Source: Candidatus Moraniibacteriota bacterium (GTDB taxonomy: Bacteria; Patescibacteriota; Minisyncoccia; Moranbacterales; UBA9337). From it: a stretch of DNA of 64,000 bases. The stretch lies in assembly GCA_049287345.1 (NCBI GenBank), contig JBAQFQ010000010.1:7795-71794 (forward strand), written 5' to 3'. Under the pieces are notes generated by a model, which had not been told where the DNA came from, ran no database searches, and saw nothing but the letters and a program-made list of their open reading frames with translations. This document shows positions 29,202 to 38,926 of the stretch, piece by piece (positions within the stretch are counted from its first letter, which is position 1; every line of letters starts with the position of its first letter). A program made the translations under genes and the position numbers.

Positions 29202-30161
29202 TTATTTTAATAATTCTAATATCTTATTAGCTTGCTGGCGAATCTCCTCGTTTTCACTACTGGCTGCTCTTTCACAATTTTTCTTAGCCTGGGAATTATT
29301 TTCTTTTTTAAAATATAAATCACATAAGTAAGAAGCTGTCGCAATCTCGTTGGTGCTATTTTTATTAGCCTTTTCTAAATCATTGATAGCTTCATCATAT
29401 TTATTTAATTTAGTATAAGTTATGGCTCGATTAATGTACCCACCCTCATTATCTCCCAGTTCAATACTCCTAGTGTAATATTTTAACGCTGCCTCATCCT
29501 CATTTTTTAACCTAGCTAAATCACCCAGCACCAGTTGAACCCTGGCATTATTTGGATTGAATTTTTCCAGCTCCTGAGCTAAAGTTACTAAATTATCAAT
29601 GTCACCCAGACTTTTACTTCGCAAGTCCGCATCACTCCGGTAGAGAATAATATTTTTCATAATCAAATCCAAATTACTTTGGACATAATTAGCATCCACA
29701 TTTCTTTTCTCCACCTCCGCCTGAGTCAAAACCTTAGCATCAGGATTTTCTTTTCTTAGTTTATCCATCTGCGCCAAACTATCCCTGACTACCAACAAGC
29801 ACTCCTCCTTCACAACAGTTGATTTTATCTGCTCACAATTTTCCGCGTTATAGTCCTTGAGAGCTTGTTGATAAAATTTGATATCATTAGCATAATTACT
29901 GCAATGCTCCAATTTATCAACACCCTTGTCTTTTAAACATTGGCAATAATTCTTACCACCATTTTCATAAATTTTTGTATAAATTTCATTGTCTGCAGTA
30001 AATTCACATTTTATCTCTTCAACCTCAACCTTTTCTTCCTTATTTCCAGCTAGCCATGAATCATTATTAAATATTTTTTTCACCTGAAAAAAATAAAAAA
30101 CAACGAAAAAAACAACTGCAATAAAAATCGCACCCAAAATTAAATTTTTTTTGTTTTGCAT
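29202..30161 (-). CDS. Membrane-anchored TPR-repeat protein
   Basis: N-terminal TM helix; TPR-like helical repeats in the C-terminal half. Confidence 0.6.
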   Translation of the reverse strand: MQNKKNLILGAIFIAVVFFVVFYFFQVKKIFNNDSWLAGNKEEKVEVEEIKCEFTADNEIYTKIYENGGKNYCQCLKDKGVDKLEHCSNYANDIKFYQQALKDYNAENCEQIKSTVVKEECLLVVRDSLAQMDKLRKENPDAKVLTQAEVEKRNVDANYVQSNLDLIMKNIILYRSDADLRSKSLGDIDNLVTLAQELEKFNPNNARVQLVLGDLARLKNEDEAALKYYTRSIELGDNEGGYINRAITYTKLNKYDEAINDLEKANKNSTNEIATASYLCDLYFKKENNSQAKKNCERAASSENEEIRQQANKILELLK

Positions 30162-30238
30162 ATTTATTTTTAAAAATTTACTTGTAAATATTATACCACT
30201 TTTTTGTCAATTACAAAATTTAGTATAAATATTTTTAA

Positions 30239-31399
30239 CTAAAATAAATTTTTTATTTTATCCACTAATTCAAATTGGATAAAATCATGAAAAGTAACCA
30301 AGACCATTAAAAATAATAGCAACATAAAGCCTATGGAGTTAGCCATATTTTCAAATTTTTGATTTATCGGAGAGCCTTTAATTTTTTCGATTAAAATAAA
30401 AAATATTCTCCCACCGTCCAGTGCTGGGAAAGGTAAAATATTTATAATCGCCAAGTTGATACTAAGCATGGCGGCAAATTGCAAAACATAAGTTATCCCC
30501 AAGGCGGTTACTTGCTTGGTCATAATAGCGATACCAATTGGACCAGCTACATCCATCGTCGGTTTTGTGCCAGAAAAAAGTTTCAACAAAAGCACTCCCA
30601 AGGTTGAAATAATTAACCAGGTAATCTCTGCTACCGCCTTCAAACCCTTGCCAATCGCCTCATACCAAGGATATTGCATCAAGGCGGTGCGAGCCAAACT
30701 AACCCCCAATGCCCCCTGTCCCTCTGGAGGGTTTAAACGTGGCACCCCTTTTAATTCGAGAGTTTCCTCACCTCGTACAATTGTTAAAGTTACTTCTCTA
30801 CCTTTATATTTATCAATATTATTTTTTAATTCCTCCACTTTGTCCACCGCCTGACAGCTATTTTTATCTCCACAAATTTTCAATACCTGATCACCAACTG
30901 CCAATCCCATTTCCTTGGCTGGAGTACCATCCATTATTTGAGAAATTTGCACCTTAGCATTTTTAACTTTTTGCTGATCATCAATTGCCTCAGGGGCGCC
31001 CAAGAAAAATACAATAGCCAGCAAAAACCAAGCTAAAATAAAATTCATTGTTACTCCCGCCGCCAAAACTTTAATTCTTACCCAGGCGGATTTTGTCACA
31101 AAACTATCTGCATCATTTTTTCCACTACCATTTTCCCCCTTAATGTTCACAAAGCCACCCAGGGGAATCCAATTCAAAGAAAAAACAGTATTTTTTGATT
31201 TGATTTCTTTGTTTCCCCAAATGATTTCGTACTTTTTAGTTTTATCGTTTTTTACAGCCCCCACAATTCTTGGAGGAAAACCGAAACCGAACTCATCAGC
31301 CTTAATTCCATTTCTTATCGCCAACAAAAAATGGCCCAATTCATGCACAAAAATTAAAACTCCTAAAATCAAACCAAAGACTATTATTGTCATCCACAT
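30239..31399 (-). CDS. rseP: RIP metalloprotease RseP (site-2 protease, M50) with PDZ domain
   Basis: HELGHF zinc motif, PDZ domain, LDGG motif. Confidence 0.88.
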   Translation of the reverse strand: MWMTIIVFGLILGVLIFVHELGHFLLAIRNGIKADEFGFGFPPRIVGAVKNDKTKKYEIIWGNKEIKSKNTVFSLNWIPLGGFVNIKGENGSGKNDADSFVTKSAWVRIKVLAAGVTMNFILAWFLLAIVFFLGAPEAIDDQQKVKNAKVQISQIMDGTPAKEMGLAVGDQVLKICGDKNSCQAVDKVEELKNNIDKYKGREVTLTIVRGEETLELKGVPRLNPPEGQGALGVSLARTALMQYPWYEAIGKGLKAVAEITWLIISTLGVLLLKLFSGTKPTMDVAGPIGIAIMTKQVTALGITYVLQFAAMLSINLAIINILPFPALDGGRIFFILIEKIKGSPINQKFENMANSIGFMLLLFLMVLVTFHDFIQFELVDKIKNLF

Positions 31400-31470
31400 A
31401 AATTTTTAAAAAATATAAAATCTTAAACCTGCCTTTTGATTATAAAGCAAATCAATCAATAAGCCAACTA

Positions 31471-31499
31471 TTGACTTTTTTGCCATTTTGGTGTATAAT
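31471..31499 (+). promoter_or_regulatory. Consensus sigma70-type promoter TTGACT-N17-TATAAT on the plus strand
   Basis: ttgact(31471-31476), 17-nt spacer, tataat(31494-31499). A divergent TTGGCT-17-TATAAT for rseP lies on the minus strand around 31439-31470. Confidence 0.6.
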
Positions 31500-31504
31500 T
31501 AAAA

Positions 31505-31550
31505 ATCGTAGCCAAAAACACCCAAAACAAGGTCTTTTCTTGTTTTTTTT
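31505..31550 (+). ncRNA. Candidate small RNA (about 45 nt) between a consensus promoter and an intrinsic terminator
   Basis: The promoter at 31471-31499 is followed by the hairpin ACAAG-gtctttt-CTTGT plus TTTTTTTT (31527-31550). There is no plus-strand ORF; it lies antisense to the uppP 3' end. Confidence 0.35.
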
Positions 31551-31554
31551 GATT

Positions 31555-32364
31555 TTAGCGCAAATTAATCACTATGATTATTATAATTGCCAAAGCTAAC
31601 CGATACCAAAAGAATACTTTATAGCTATAATTTTCCACAAACTTAATCAGATATTTTATCGCTAGATAACCACTGATGGCAGAAAAAATCACCCCCCAAA
31701 TTAATCCACTATTTATCCCCTCATTTATTAAATCAGGCATTTGGCTCAGCGTTGCACCCAAAATTATCGGAGTGGAAAGTAAAAATGAAAACCTAGCCGC
31801 ACTCACGCGAGTAAGTCCCAACGCCAATCCGGCTGAGATGGTGGCGCCTGAACGTGAAACACCTGGAATAATTGCCACTGCTTGAGCTAGTCCGATAATT
31901 AAAACATCTTTTAAATTAATTTTTTCCAAATCTCTTTTTTGCTGAGCATACTTATCCAATAAATATAAAATCAAACCAAATACAGACAAAGTAAGCGCAA
32001 TTAAATAAGGACTACGAAAAGCGCTATCGACAAATTTTTCTAAAGAAAGTCCAATTACAACACCCGGTATTGTACCGATAATCAAAAGCCACAAAATATT
32101 TTTATTATACCTATGAGAACCGAGCGACGCCCCGCCCCTACCCTCACGCCACAAGGCAATTTTAAAAATCTCCAACCAATCTCGCCAAAAATAAATTATT
32201 ACCGCAAACAATGTGCCCGCGTGCATTGCCACATCAAAAGCCAAACCAGGATCTTGCCAACCAGTAAAATATGGCACCAATATAAGATGGGCGGTAGATG
32301 AAATTGGCAAAAATTCTCCCAACCCCTGCACGATTCCTAATGTAATTGATTGTAATATGTCCAT
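31555..32364 (-). CDS. uppP: Undecaprenyl-diphosphatase
   Basis: BacA/UppP signature (GLGEFLPISSTAHL, PGVSRSG). Confidence 0.9.
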   Translation of the reverse strand: MDILQSITLGIVQGLGEFLPISSTAHLILVPYFTGWQDPGLAFDVAMHAGTLFAVIIYFWRDWLEIFKIALWREGRGGASLGSHRYNKNILWLLIIGTIPGVVIGLSLEKFVDSAFRSPYLIALTLSVFGLILYLLDKYAQQKRDLEKINLKDVLIIGLAQAVAIIPGVSRSGATISAGLALGLTRVSAARFSFLLSTPIILGATLSQMPDLINEGINSGLIWGVIFSAISGYLAIKYLIKFVENYSYKVFFWYRLALAIIIIIVINLR

Positions 32365-32622
32365 GATATTAGTTCTTTGTTACTAGTTACTAGTTATTAG
32401 ACTCTTAAAAAAAATATTTAAAATTATAAAATTCTTAAATTCAATTCAAATTCTAATTTCTTAATTTTTCAAACATTTAAAATTTATTTTCTGAATTATT
32501 TTTTAACATTATAATTTTAATCATTAAAAATTCATTTGAAATTCAAAATTTGAAATTTGAAATTCAGATATAAATTTTTACTTTACAAACCTTATAACTT
32601 TATAAACCTTAAAAACTATCCC

Positions 32623-33750
32623 CTAATACACCACCACCTTTGTTCCAATCTCCGCCCAATTATACACAGTTTCCGCGGAATTGACACCTAGGCGCATGCA
32701 GCCATGAGAAACAGGGATACCCAGATGATTCTGCCCTTCTTTATATCCACTGGGCCATTCAGGAAGTTCGTGAATTCCATACTTACCATCAGCGGTAATC
32801 GCCATCCAAAAAGGCATATATAAACCATATTGTTTTGACCAAGGTCGTGGATTTTTATTATAAATTTGATGATCCCCCTTGGGCGTATCCATGCCCCTTT
32901 TCCCCGAAGAAATCAGAAATGAGTTTAATGCCAATCCATTTTCAAAAATTGTCATCACTTGCGTAGACAAATTGACATCGATATACTTACCCACTTCAAT
33001 CCTAGGTACAGTAAATCTCTTAGCCTCCACAATCCGCTGAGCTAGATCTTGCGACCAAGTTTTGGGTTTAGGTGGCAAAGTAGTAAAAGAAGTTTCATAA
33101 ATTTGCTGATAAGTTTCATCCTTGGCTTGTTTTGCTTTGATAAAAATCTTTAAATTATATTGCTTTCCTGGCTGTAATAAATCCTTACTCAAAATACTAA
33201 ATTGCTTTTTTTCTTGATCATTTTGATATTGAGGATTTGCCTCTGGCGTTAAACGAAAATCTACAAAAAAACCTTCTGTTGATTTATCAAATTGCACCAC
33301 AATTGGCTCTTCGATATCCAGACTTACATCAACCGCTCCGTTTTCTGGCTTTACCGCCAAAACCTTTGGATAGTCGGTTGTTTTGAACTTAAAGGAACTT
33401 GCTTTTATTTGTAAATAATTTTTTGTCCGACCTTCTGGTAAAAAAATTTCGTATTGAGTACTTACTCTCCAAGCCGTTTTAGGTTTAATAATAATTTCAT
33501 CTAAGTTTTCATTAATCACCGCCTGCATGGAGGCCTCTGGGCTTATTTTAATTTTATCTTTGTAATAATTTACATCGATTGATTTATCAAATACTATTTT
33601 TAGTTCACCGCTAGGCAAAAGCTCCTCAGTAAAACCAACGGCCTGTGGCGACAATACAAAATAAGGTGAAAAAGCGTAAACATAAACACCCCCAGAAGTA
33701 ATACCTAAAATAAACAATAAAAAAATTATTAATTTATATATTTTTTTCAT
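32623..33750 (-). CDS. L,D-transpeptidase family protein
   Basis: YkuD catalytic motif HGIHE...SHGCMRL; N-terminal signal anchor. Confidence 0.8.
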   Translation of the reverse strand: MKKIYKLIIFLLFILGITSGGVYVYAFSPYFVLSPQAVGFTEELLPSGELKIVFDKSIDVNYYKDKIKISPEASMQAVINENLDEIIIKPKTAWRVSTQYEIFLPEGRTKNYLQIKASSFKFKTTDYPKVLAVKPENGAVDVSLDIEEPIVVQFDKSTEGFFVDFRLTPEANPQYQNDQEKKQFSILSKDLLQPGKQYNLKIFIKAKQAKDETYQQIYETSFTTLPPKPKTWSQDLAQRIVEAKRFTVPRIEVGKYIDVNLSTQVMTIFENGLALNSFLISSGKRGMDTPKGDHQIYNKNPRPWSKQYGLYMPFWMAITADGKYGIHELPEWPSGYKEGQNHLGIPVSHGCMRLGVNSAETVYNWAEIGTKVVVY

Positions 33751-33982
33751 AAAAATAAAAAGACGACCAGCTCTCCCATTATATTATCTAAAATAAAAAG
33801 AAGCAAAAAATTTAAAATTATCATCAAAAGATAGATTTATGATTTAAGATTTACGAATTACGAATTTTTTCAATATCTCATTTTCTTAAATCTTAAATCA
33901 TAAATCTTAAATCCAATCATTCAAAATTTATTAATCCGTTAACTCATTAACTACACAATAATCAATGCCAAAAAGCTACCCG

Positions 33983-34216
33983 CTATTTCAAAGGATCATA
34001 TCCGCCATCATTCCAGGGATTGCAACGGACTATTCGTTTTAATCCTAACCAAGTCCCTTTAAAAATTCCGTATTTATCAATAGCTTCATAGGTATATTGG
34101 GAGCAGCTTGGATGAAAACGACAAAATCTCTCCGAAAAAAAATAGCTTAAAAATCCCTGATCGGGAGAAAGAAAGCGCTGATAAAATCTAATTAACATTA
34201 GGGCTATTTTTTTCAT
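33983..34216 (-). CDS. yidD: Membrane protein insertion efficiency factor YidD
   Basis: YQRFLSP...[10 protein letters not shown] signature. Confidence 0.88.
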   Translation of the reverse strand: MKKIALMLIRFYQRFLSPDQGFLSYFFSERFCRFHPSCSQYTYEAIDKYGIFKGTWLGLKRIVRCNPWNDGGYDPLK

Positions 34217-34377
34217 TTTAATTTAACTTTTAATTTTGCCAATAATTGAAATAAGTTATATAATGATGATATATGTTTTTCTAAAAAATAACAATTATAA
34301 AAACATATTTTTCAATGAAGGTGCCCTATCTCCATGATAGCTAACTGCGTTGAATTATTCAAATTTAAAAAACAAAA

Positions 34378-35286
34378 ATGAAAAAAATTTCCTTTAAAAA
34401 TACTACTTGGATAGATTTCGAAAATCCGGATAGCTCCACTACTCGCTATTTACAAGAAAACTTTAATATCCATCCATTGGCTATTGAAGAATTTATCACC
34501 CCCACTATCCGACCCAAAGCTACGATTTATCACAATTGTATTTTTCTCACGCTGCATATTCCCCTATTTGATAATATCGAACGCACCACCTATCCAGGAG
34601 AACTCGATATTGTAATTACCAAAAATCACCTAATCACCGGACACAATCATAAGATTTTTCAACTTACTGATTTTTTTGAAAAATTAGAAAGCAGTGAGGG
34701 TCGCAAAAGACTTTATATGAACGCTACCCCAGCTCACTTGCTATATCACCTAATTGAAACATTGATTGAATCCTGTTTTCCACGGTTAGACCATATCCAC
34801 AAAAATATAGACATCATTGAAAATCACGTTTTTAATGGCGATGAAAAGGAAATGGTGCGTGAAATATCTATTGCCAAAAGAGATGTCTTGAATTTCAGAA
34901 GAGCTCTAAAACCACAACGCTCCATCCTTGAATCCCTCTCTCAAATGGAAACCTCCCTGATTAGCAGTGAATTAAAAATTTATTATCAAGGCTTGGTGGG
35001 CACCAATATTAGACTTTGGAGCTCATTAGAAAGCGCCAAGGAAACTATCGAATCTCTGGAGGAAACTAATAATTCACTCCTCTCCAATAAACTAAACTTA
35101 ACCATGAAAGTTTTGACAATTTTTTCCGCTGTGATGCTACCAATGACTGTTTACTCAAATATCTTAGCCATGAGTGCTGGTATTCCCTTTGGTAATCATC
35201 CTTACGGATTTTGGATTCATATGGGGATAATGATCATGCTTTCATTTTTCACTATCTTAGCCTTTAAATTCAAAAAATGGCTTTAA
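34378..35286 (+). CDS. CorA-like divalent cation transporter family protein with a degenerate GMN motif (AMS)
   Basis: Large cytoplasmic N-domain plus two C-terminal TM helices. LPMTVYSNILAMSAGIPF aligns to the CorA LPxTxIAGIYGMNF. Confidence 0.55.
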   Translation: MKKISFKNTTWIDFENPDSSTTRYLQENFNIHPLAIEEFITPTIRPKATIYHNCIFLTLHIPLFDNIERTTYPGELDIVITKNHLITGHNHKIFQLTDFFEKLESSEGRKRLYMNATPAHLLYHLIETLIESCFPRLDHIHKNIDIIENHVFNGDEKEMVREISIAKRDVLNFRRALKPQRSILESLSQMETSLISSELKIYYQGLVGTNIRLWSSLESAKETIESLEETNNSLLSNKLNLTMKVLTIFSAVMLPMTVYSNILAMSAGIPFGNHPYGFWIHMGIMIMLSFFTILAFKFKKWL

Positions 35287-35312
35287 TTTATTAACTCCGG
35301 CATTTACTACAC

Positions 35313-36725
35313 ATGAAATTATATACTCAAAAAATAAAATTCATCCCTTTACTATTAATTCTTTCTTTATTCTTTAGCTGCCTACCATTAGCTTCGATCG
35401 CTGATGAAGCTGCTTATAGTAGCAGTGAGGAACTTGAGCGGGATTTAGATCTCTACGAAAAATATGAAAACTACGAGAAATACGAGAAATATCAAGATTA
35501 CAAAGATTACAAGGAGGCTAAGGACAAATATGGATTTAAAAGCTCTGCCGATAGACTAGCCGCTAAAAAGGCTTACGAGCTATACAAGGAAACTAAAAAC
35601 GAAAAATATTATAAAGATTATAAAAAATACAAAGGTTACAAAAACAAATATAAACCACTAGCCAAATATGCTAAGTATGGAAAATATTCCAAATATAATG
35701 AAAAGGAATATAAAAATTATGGCTCCGGTGAATATAAGGATGGGTACAATCGTTATAAAAATTATTTAGCTAGTACCAATACAGTTAGCGGTGACTTGGG
35801 TGAAGCTAATCTTGGCGGTGGCGCTCTAGGGCCAGAAATTACCATTGGACTTTGGAACTATACTCGAGACAACCTAAGAGATTCTCCATTTAAATTAGAA
35901 GCTAATAGAAATTACAATATAAAAAATGGGGATGGAACAATTATTGGCCAAGTAGCTGCAGGAACCACCACTCGCGTAACTTATGACACTGATGGGAATT
36001 TAAAAGTCTACGGCTCAATTACTGACACCCTTTCTGCTAGAGAAGTATTTTTTGAAGACACTGCCGGAGATAACTCTGCGATTATTTTTGATATTCATCG
36101 TCCAGATTCTGATTTTGACCAATATCGTGGCAAGGTAAAATTACGCTACAATTCATCCAGCAAATTAACTTGGGTAATTAATGCCCTACCAATGGAACAT
36201 TATGTCTGGGGCATGGGAGAAATTACCGGCACAGGAGAAACTGAATATAACCGAGTGATGACCACTTCTTTTAGAACTTATGGTTATTGGAAATTAAAAT
36301 TCAGCACAAAATATGCAGCCGATGGATTTAAGGTCAATGCCACCCCTGGTAATCAACTTTATTACGGTTATGATTGGGAAACTGGACACACCCGCATTCA
36401 TGATGCAGCGATAGATACTCAAGGAAAAATTGTGATGTATAAAAAACAAATTGCCATTACACCTTATAGTTCTTGGACTGACGGACGTACCCGAAGCTTT
36501 GAAGATCGCTGGGGTTCAGATGATTATCCATGGTGTCAATCAGTTAGTGATCCTTATGGTAAACATCCGACCAAAAGTACCGCTACGCTAGAAGCGGAAG
36601 GAAATCACATGGTAGGACTATCTGCGCATGGAGCTTTAAACCTTGCTGGAGATGATTACGATTGGGGTTGGGAAAAAATCCTCAAATATTACTATGATGA
36701 TATTGATATTAAAAAAGTTTATTAA
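35313..36725 (+). CDS. SpoIID/LytB-domain protein with an N-terminal Tyr/Lys-rich repetitive region
   Basis: Signal peptide, a YK-rich low-complexity segment encoded by 9-nt tandem codon repeats, C-terminal SpoIID-like region (NALPMEHYVWGMGEI). Confidence 0.6.
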   Translation: MKLYTQKIKFIPLLLILSLFFSCLPLASIADEAAYSSSEELERDLDLYEKYENYEKYEKYQDYKDYKEAKDKYGFKSSADRLAAKKAYELYKETKNEKYYKDYKKYKGYKNKYKPLAKYAKYGKYSKYNEKEYKNYGSGEYKDGYNRYKNYLASTNTVSGDLGEANLGGGALGPEITIGLWNYTRDNLRDSPFKLEANRNYNIKNGDGTIIGQVAAGTTTRVTYDTDGNLKVYGSITDTLSAREVFFEDTAGDNSAIIFDIHRPDSDFDQYRGKVKLRYNSSSKLTWVINALPMEHYVWGMGEITGTGETEYNRVMTTSFRTYGYWKLKFSTKYAADGFKVNATPGNQLYYGYDWETGHTRIHDAAIDTQGKIVMYKKQIAITPYSSWTDGRTRSFEDRWGSDDYPWCQSVSDPYGKHPTKSTATLEAEGNHMVGLSAHGALNLAGDDYDWGWEKILKYYYDDIDIKKVY

Positions 36726-36733
36726 AAATATCT

Positions 36734-37246
36734 ATGAAAATTAAGATAATCTCAATATTTTTCCTGGCTCTTTTGGGTGGAGTTTCCTATTTTGCTTATC
36801 CACTAATAAGAAGTCGCTATTTCCAATCAACTGATGACTTGGCTATTCCTGGCAATGAGAAGGGTTCCAAGCTAGTTAATCCCACAGATAAAGATAGTAA
36901 CTATGCAAAAGATGAATTGGATGATATACCTGATGAGTCCACAGTTGCCGATGATGTTTTTATAGAAATAGATACGGAGGATTGTGAAAATAATTGTGAG
37001 CAATTTGAGGACGAAGAAGATAAAAAATACTGCCAAGAATACTGTGGACTAACGCCCAGCACTTCAACTACTGATGATTGTGAAAAATTAGCTGACTTAG
37101 AAAAGGATTATTGCTTTAAAAATAAAGCCCTTAAAGAAAAAAGCTTTACTTTGTGCAAAAAAATAACTGACAAAAAATTACTTGAATCTTGTAAAAATCA
37201 ACTCACTGAAAATCTAATGAACAACTCCAACTCTCTGGATAACTAA
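36734..37246 (+). CDS. Secreted or membrane-anchored acidic Cys-containing protein, hypothetical
   Basis: N-terminal TM/signal; 12 Cys in CxxxC-type spacing. Confidence 0.5.
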   Translation: MKIKIISIFFLALLGGVSYFAYPLIRSRYFQSTDDLAIPGNEKGSKLVNPTDKDSNYAKDELDDIPDESTVADDVFIEIDTEDCENNCEQFEDEEDKKYCQEYCGLTPSTSTTDDCEKLADLEKDYCFKNKALKEKSFTLCKKITDKKLLESCKNQLTENLMNNSNSLDN

Positions 37247-37252
37247 AAAATA

Positions 37253-37292
37253 CAAAAAAAACAATCATCCCAAAGATGATTGTTTTTATTTT
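37253..37292. terminator. Bidirectional terminator
   Basis: ACAATCATC-ccaaa-GATGATTGT with an A-run before and TTTTT after. Confidence 0.85.
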
Positions 37293-37318
37293 ATTGACTT
37301 TATATATTTTAAAAAAAC

Positions 37319-37714
37319 CTACAAACCCTTTTTCTCTTTCAGCAAGTCTCGAATCTCTATTAATAATTGAACCTCCTTGGTAGGTTTTTTTATTCGAGCC
37401 TCTTCTTTTTTCTTAAATCTCTCCAATTGCTTAATCGCCAAAAAGATAGAAAAAGATATAATTAAAAAGTCGGTTACTGCATTAAAAAACATCCCATAAT
37501 TCATAGTCACCGCTGCCGATGTCTCACTTGCAGCTTTAAGGGTAAGCGATAAGTCAGAAAAATCAACTCCACCGGTCAATACACCGATAGGCGGCATAAT
37601 GATGTCACTCACGAAAGAACTCACAATCTTTCCAAAAGCCGTTCCAATTACCACACCCACAGCTAGATCCACCACATTGCCACGCATGGCAAATTTTTTA
37701 AATTCTTTAAACAT
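37319..37714 (-). CDS. mscL: Large-conductance mechanosensitive channel
   Basis: MscL signature ([23 protein letters not shown]). Confidence 0.9.
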   Translation of the reverse strand: MFKEFKKFAMRGNVVDLAVGVVIGTAFGKIVSSFVSDIIMPPIGVLTGGVDFSDLSLTLKAASETSAAVTMNYGMFFNAVTDFLIISFSIFLAIKQLERFKKKEEARIKKPTKEVQLLIEIRDLLKEKKGL

Positions 37715-37737
37715 AACTATTTTTCATAAATTAAACA

Positions 37738-38229
37738 TTATTCTTTAGCCTCAGTTACACATGTCTCATAAAACATTGAACCTTTGATTCCCTCGCATAA
37801 TTCTGGCTTCTTGTGTTTTTTAGCCACAGAAGAGTAGCAGCTATCCACCATCATATCATTTTCATTATCCGAGATATTCTCACAATATTTAGTCTCTCCT
37901 GTTTCTTCGGCTATATTTAAATAACAAGCCATTCTGGGTAGTCCATTATCCTTGGCGATTTTTTCCTCACAAATTTTAGCATCTTTCTTTTCCTTGGCCT
38001 CAGCTGCCCAACAGCTCCCCTGACAAGTTTCCTTAGTTACAATTGCCCCATTTAACATATCACATCCTTTAAGGCACTCATCCACTGGGGTATAATCGCT
38101 ATTGCCACTATCCATACTAAAAACCTCATTCTTTTCTTTTGAATTTTCTCCCCCGGAAGTTAATTTATTTTCCCCGCCACAACCGCCTAATACAAATACA
38201 ATACTCAAAAATACAACTAGTTTTTTCAT
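37738..38229 (-). CDS. Cys-rich lipoprotein, hypothetical
   Basis: Lipobox LGGCGG; 12 Cys. Confidence 0.55.
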   Translation of the reverse strand: MKKLVVFLSIVFVLGGCGGENKLTSGGENSKEKNEVFSMDSGNSDYTPVDECLKGCDMLNGAIVTKETCQGSCWAAEAKEKKDAKICEEKIAKDNGLPRMACYLNIAEETGETKYCENISDNENDMMVDSCYSSVAKKHKKPELCEGIKGSMFYETCVTEAKE

Positions 38230-38385
38230 TTTGTTATTTTATTAATAAATTAAATTAGCAATTAATCTTAAAATACAAATAAATATTCCGCCTATTCAAT
38301 AATTCATTGTGCTATAATTTTAACATAAAAAAATAGAAAACAAAAATACTAGCTTTATTACAAATAATTAACTTGCTTAAAATAA

Positions 38386-38757
38386 CTAAAAAAAGCGATC
38401 TTCTTGAAATCGCTTTTTTCTATATCTAAAACTCTGCCGTCTTTTTAATCGGCTGCGTTTAACTGGCTCTTCTTTTATTTTTCGATAAATTGCCACAATT
38501 AGCGCTTGGCTAAAAAACATAAATACTAATACTGCTAGCAAAAAGGTGATCGATTCATCCAGATAGCTACTGCTCGCCAACCAAGTGCCGCCAGTACCAA
38601 CTGCACTTAAAGATTCGCCAATAACACCCAATAATCCATTTTCCGAAACTACATCCGCTTGAAAAACTTTTATCGCCAAGGCGATACTCACCACTAGCTC
38701 CACAATGGCTAAAGAAAAACTTAAGGTTGAGCGGATGGATTTAATCATCTTTGTCAT
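38386..38757 (-). CDS. Small membrane protein with a basic C-terminus, hypothetical
   Basis: Two to three TM helices and an R/K-rich tail. Confidence 0.5.
   Translation of the reverse strand: MTKMIKSIRSTLSFSLAIVELVVSIALAIKVFQADVVSENGLLGVIGESLSAVGTGGTWLASSSYLDESITFLLAVLVFMFFSQALIVAIYRKIKEEPVKRSRLKRRQSFRYRKKRFQEDRFF
38388..38421. terminator. Bidirectional terminator
   Basis: AGCGAT-cttcttgaa-ATCGCT flanked by an A-run and a T-run. Confidence 0.75.
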
Positions 38758-38884
38758 AGATTTTATTTAATAGTTAGAATTTGATTTCTTTTCTATTTTT
38801 ATCTATCTACGCCTTTTTGTTTTTGTACCTTAAAATACCACTGTTTAACTACCGTGTCAAGCAATTAATTCTACAAATAAAAAA

Positions 38885-38905
38885 TCCCCAACGTGGGGAC
38901 TTCTT
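38885..38905 (-). terminator. Terminator closing the ribosomal protein cluster after rplO
   Basis: Minus-sense TCCCCACGTTGGGGA followed by TTTTTTATTT. Confidence 0.8.
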
Positions 38906-38926
38906 ATTATCTAAAAACTTTGAATA

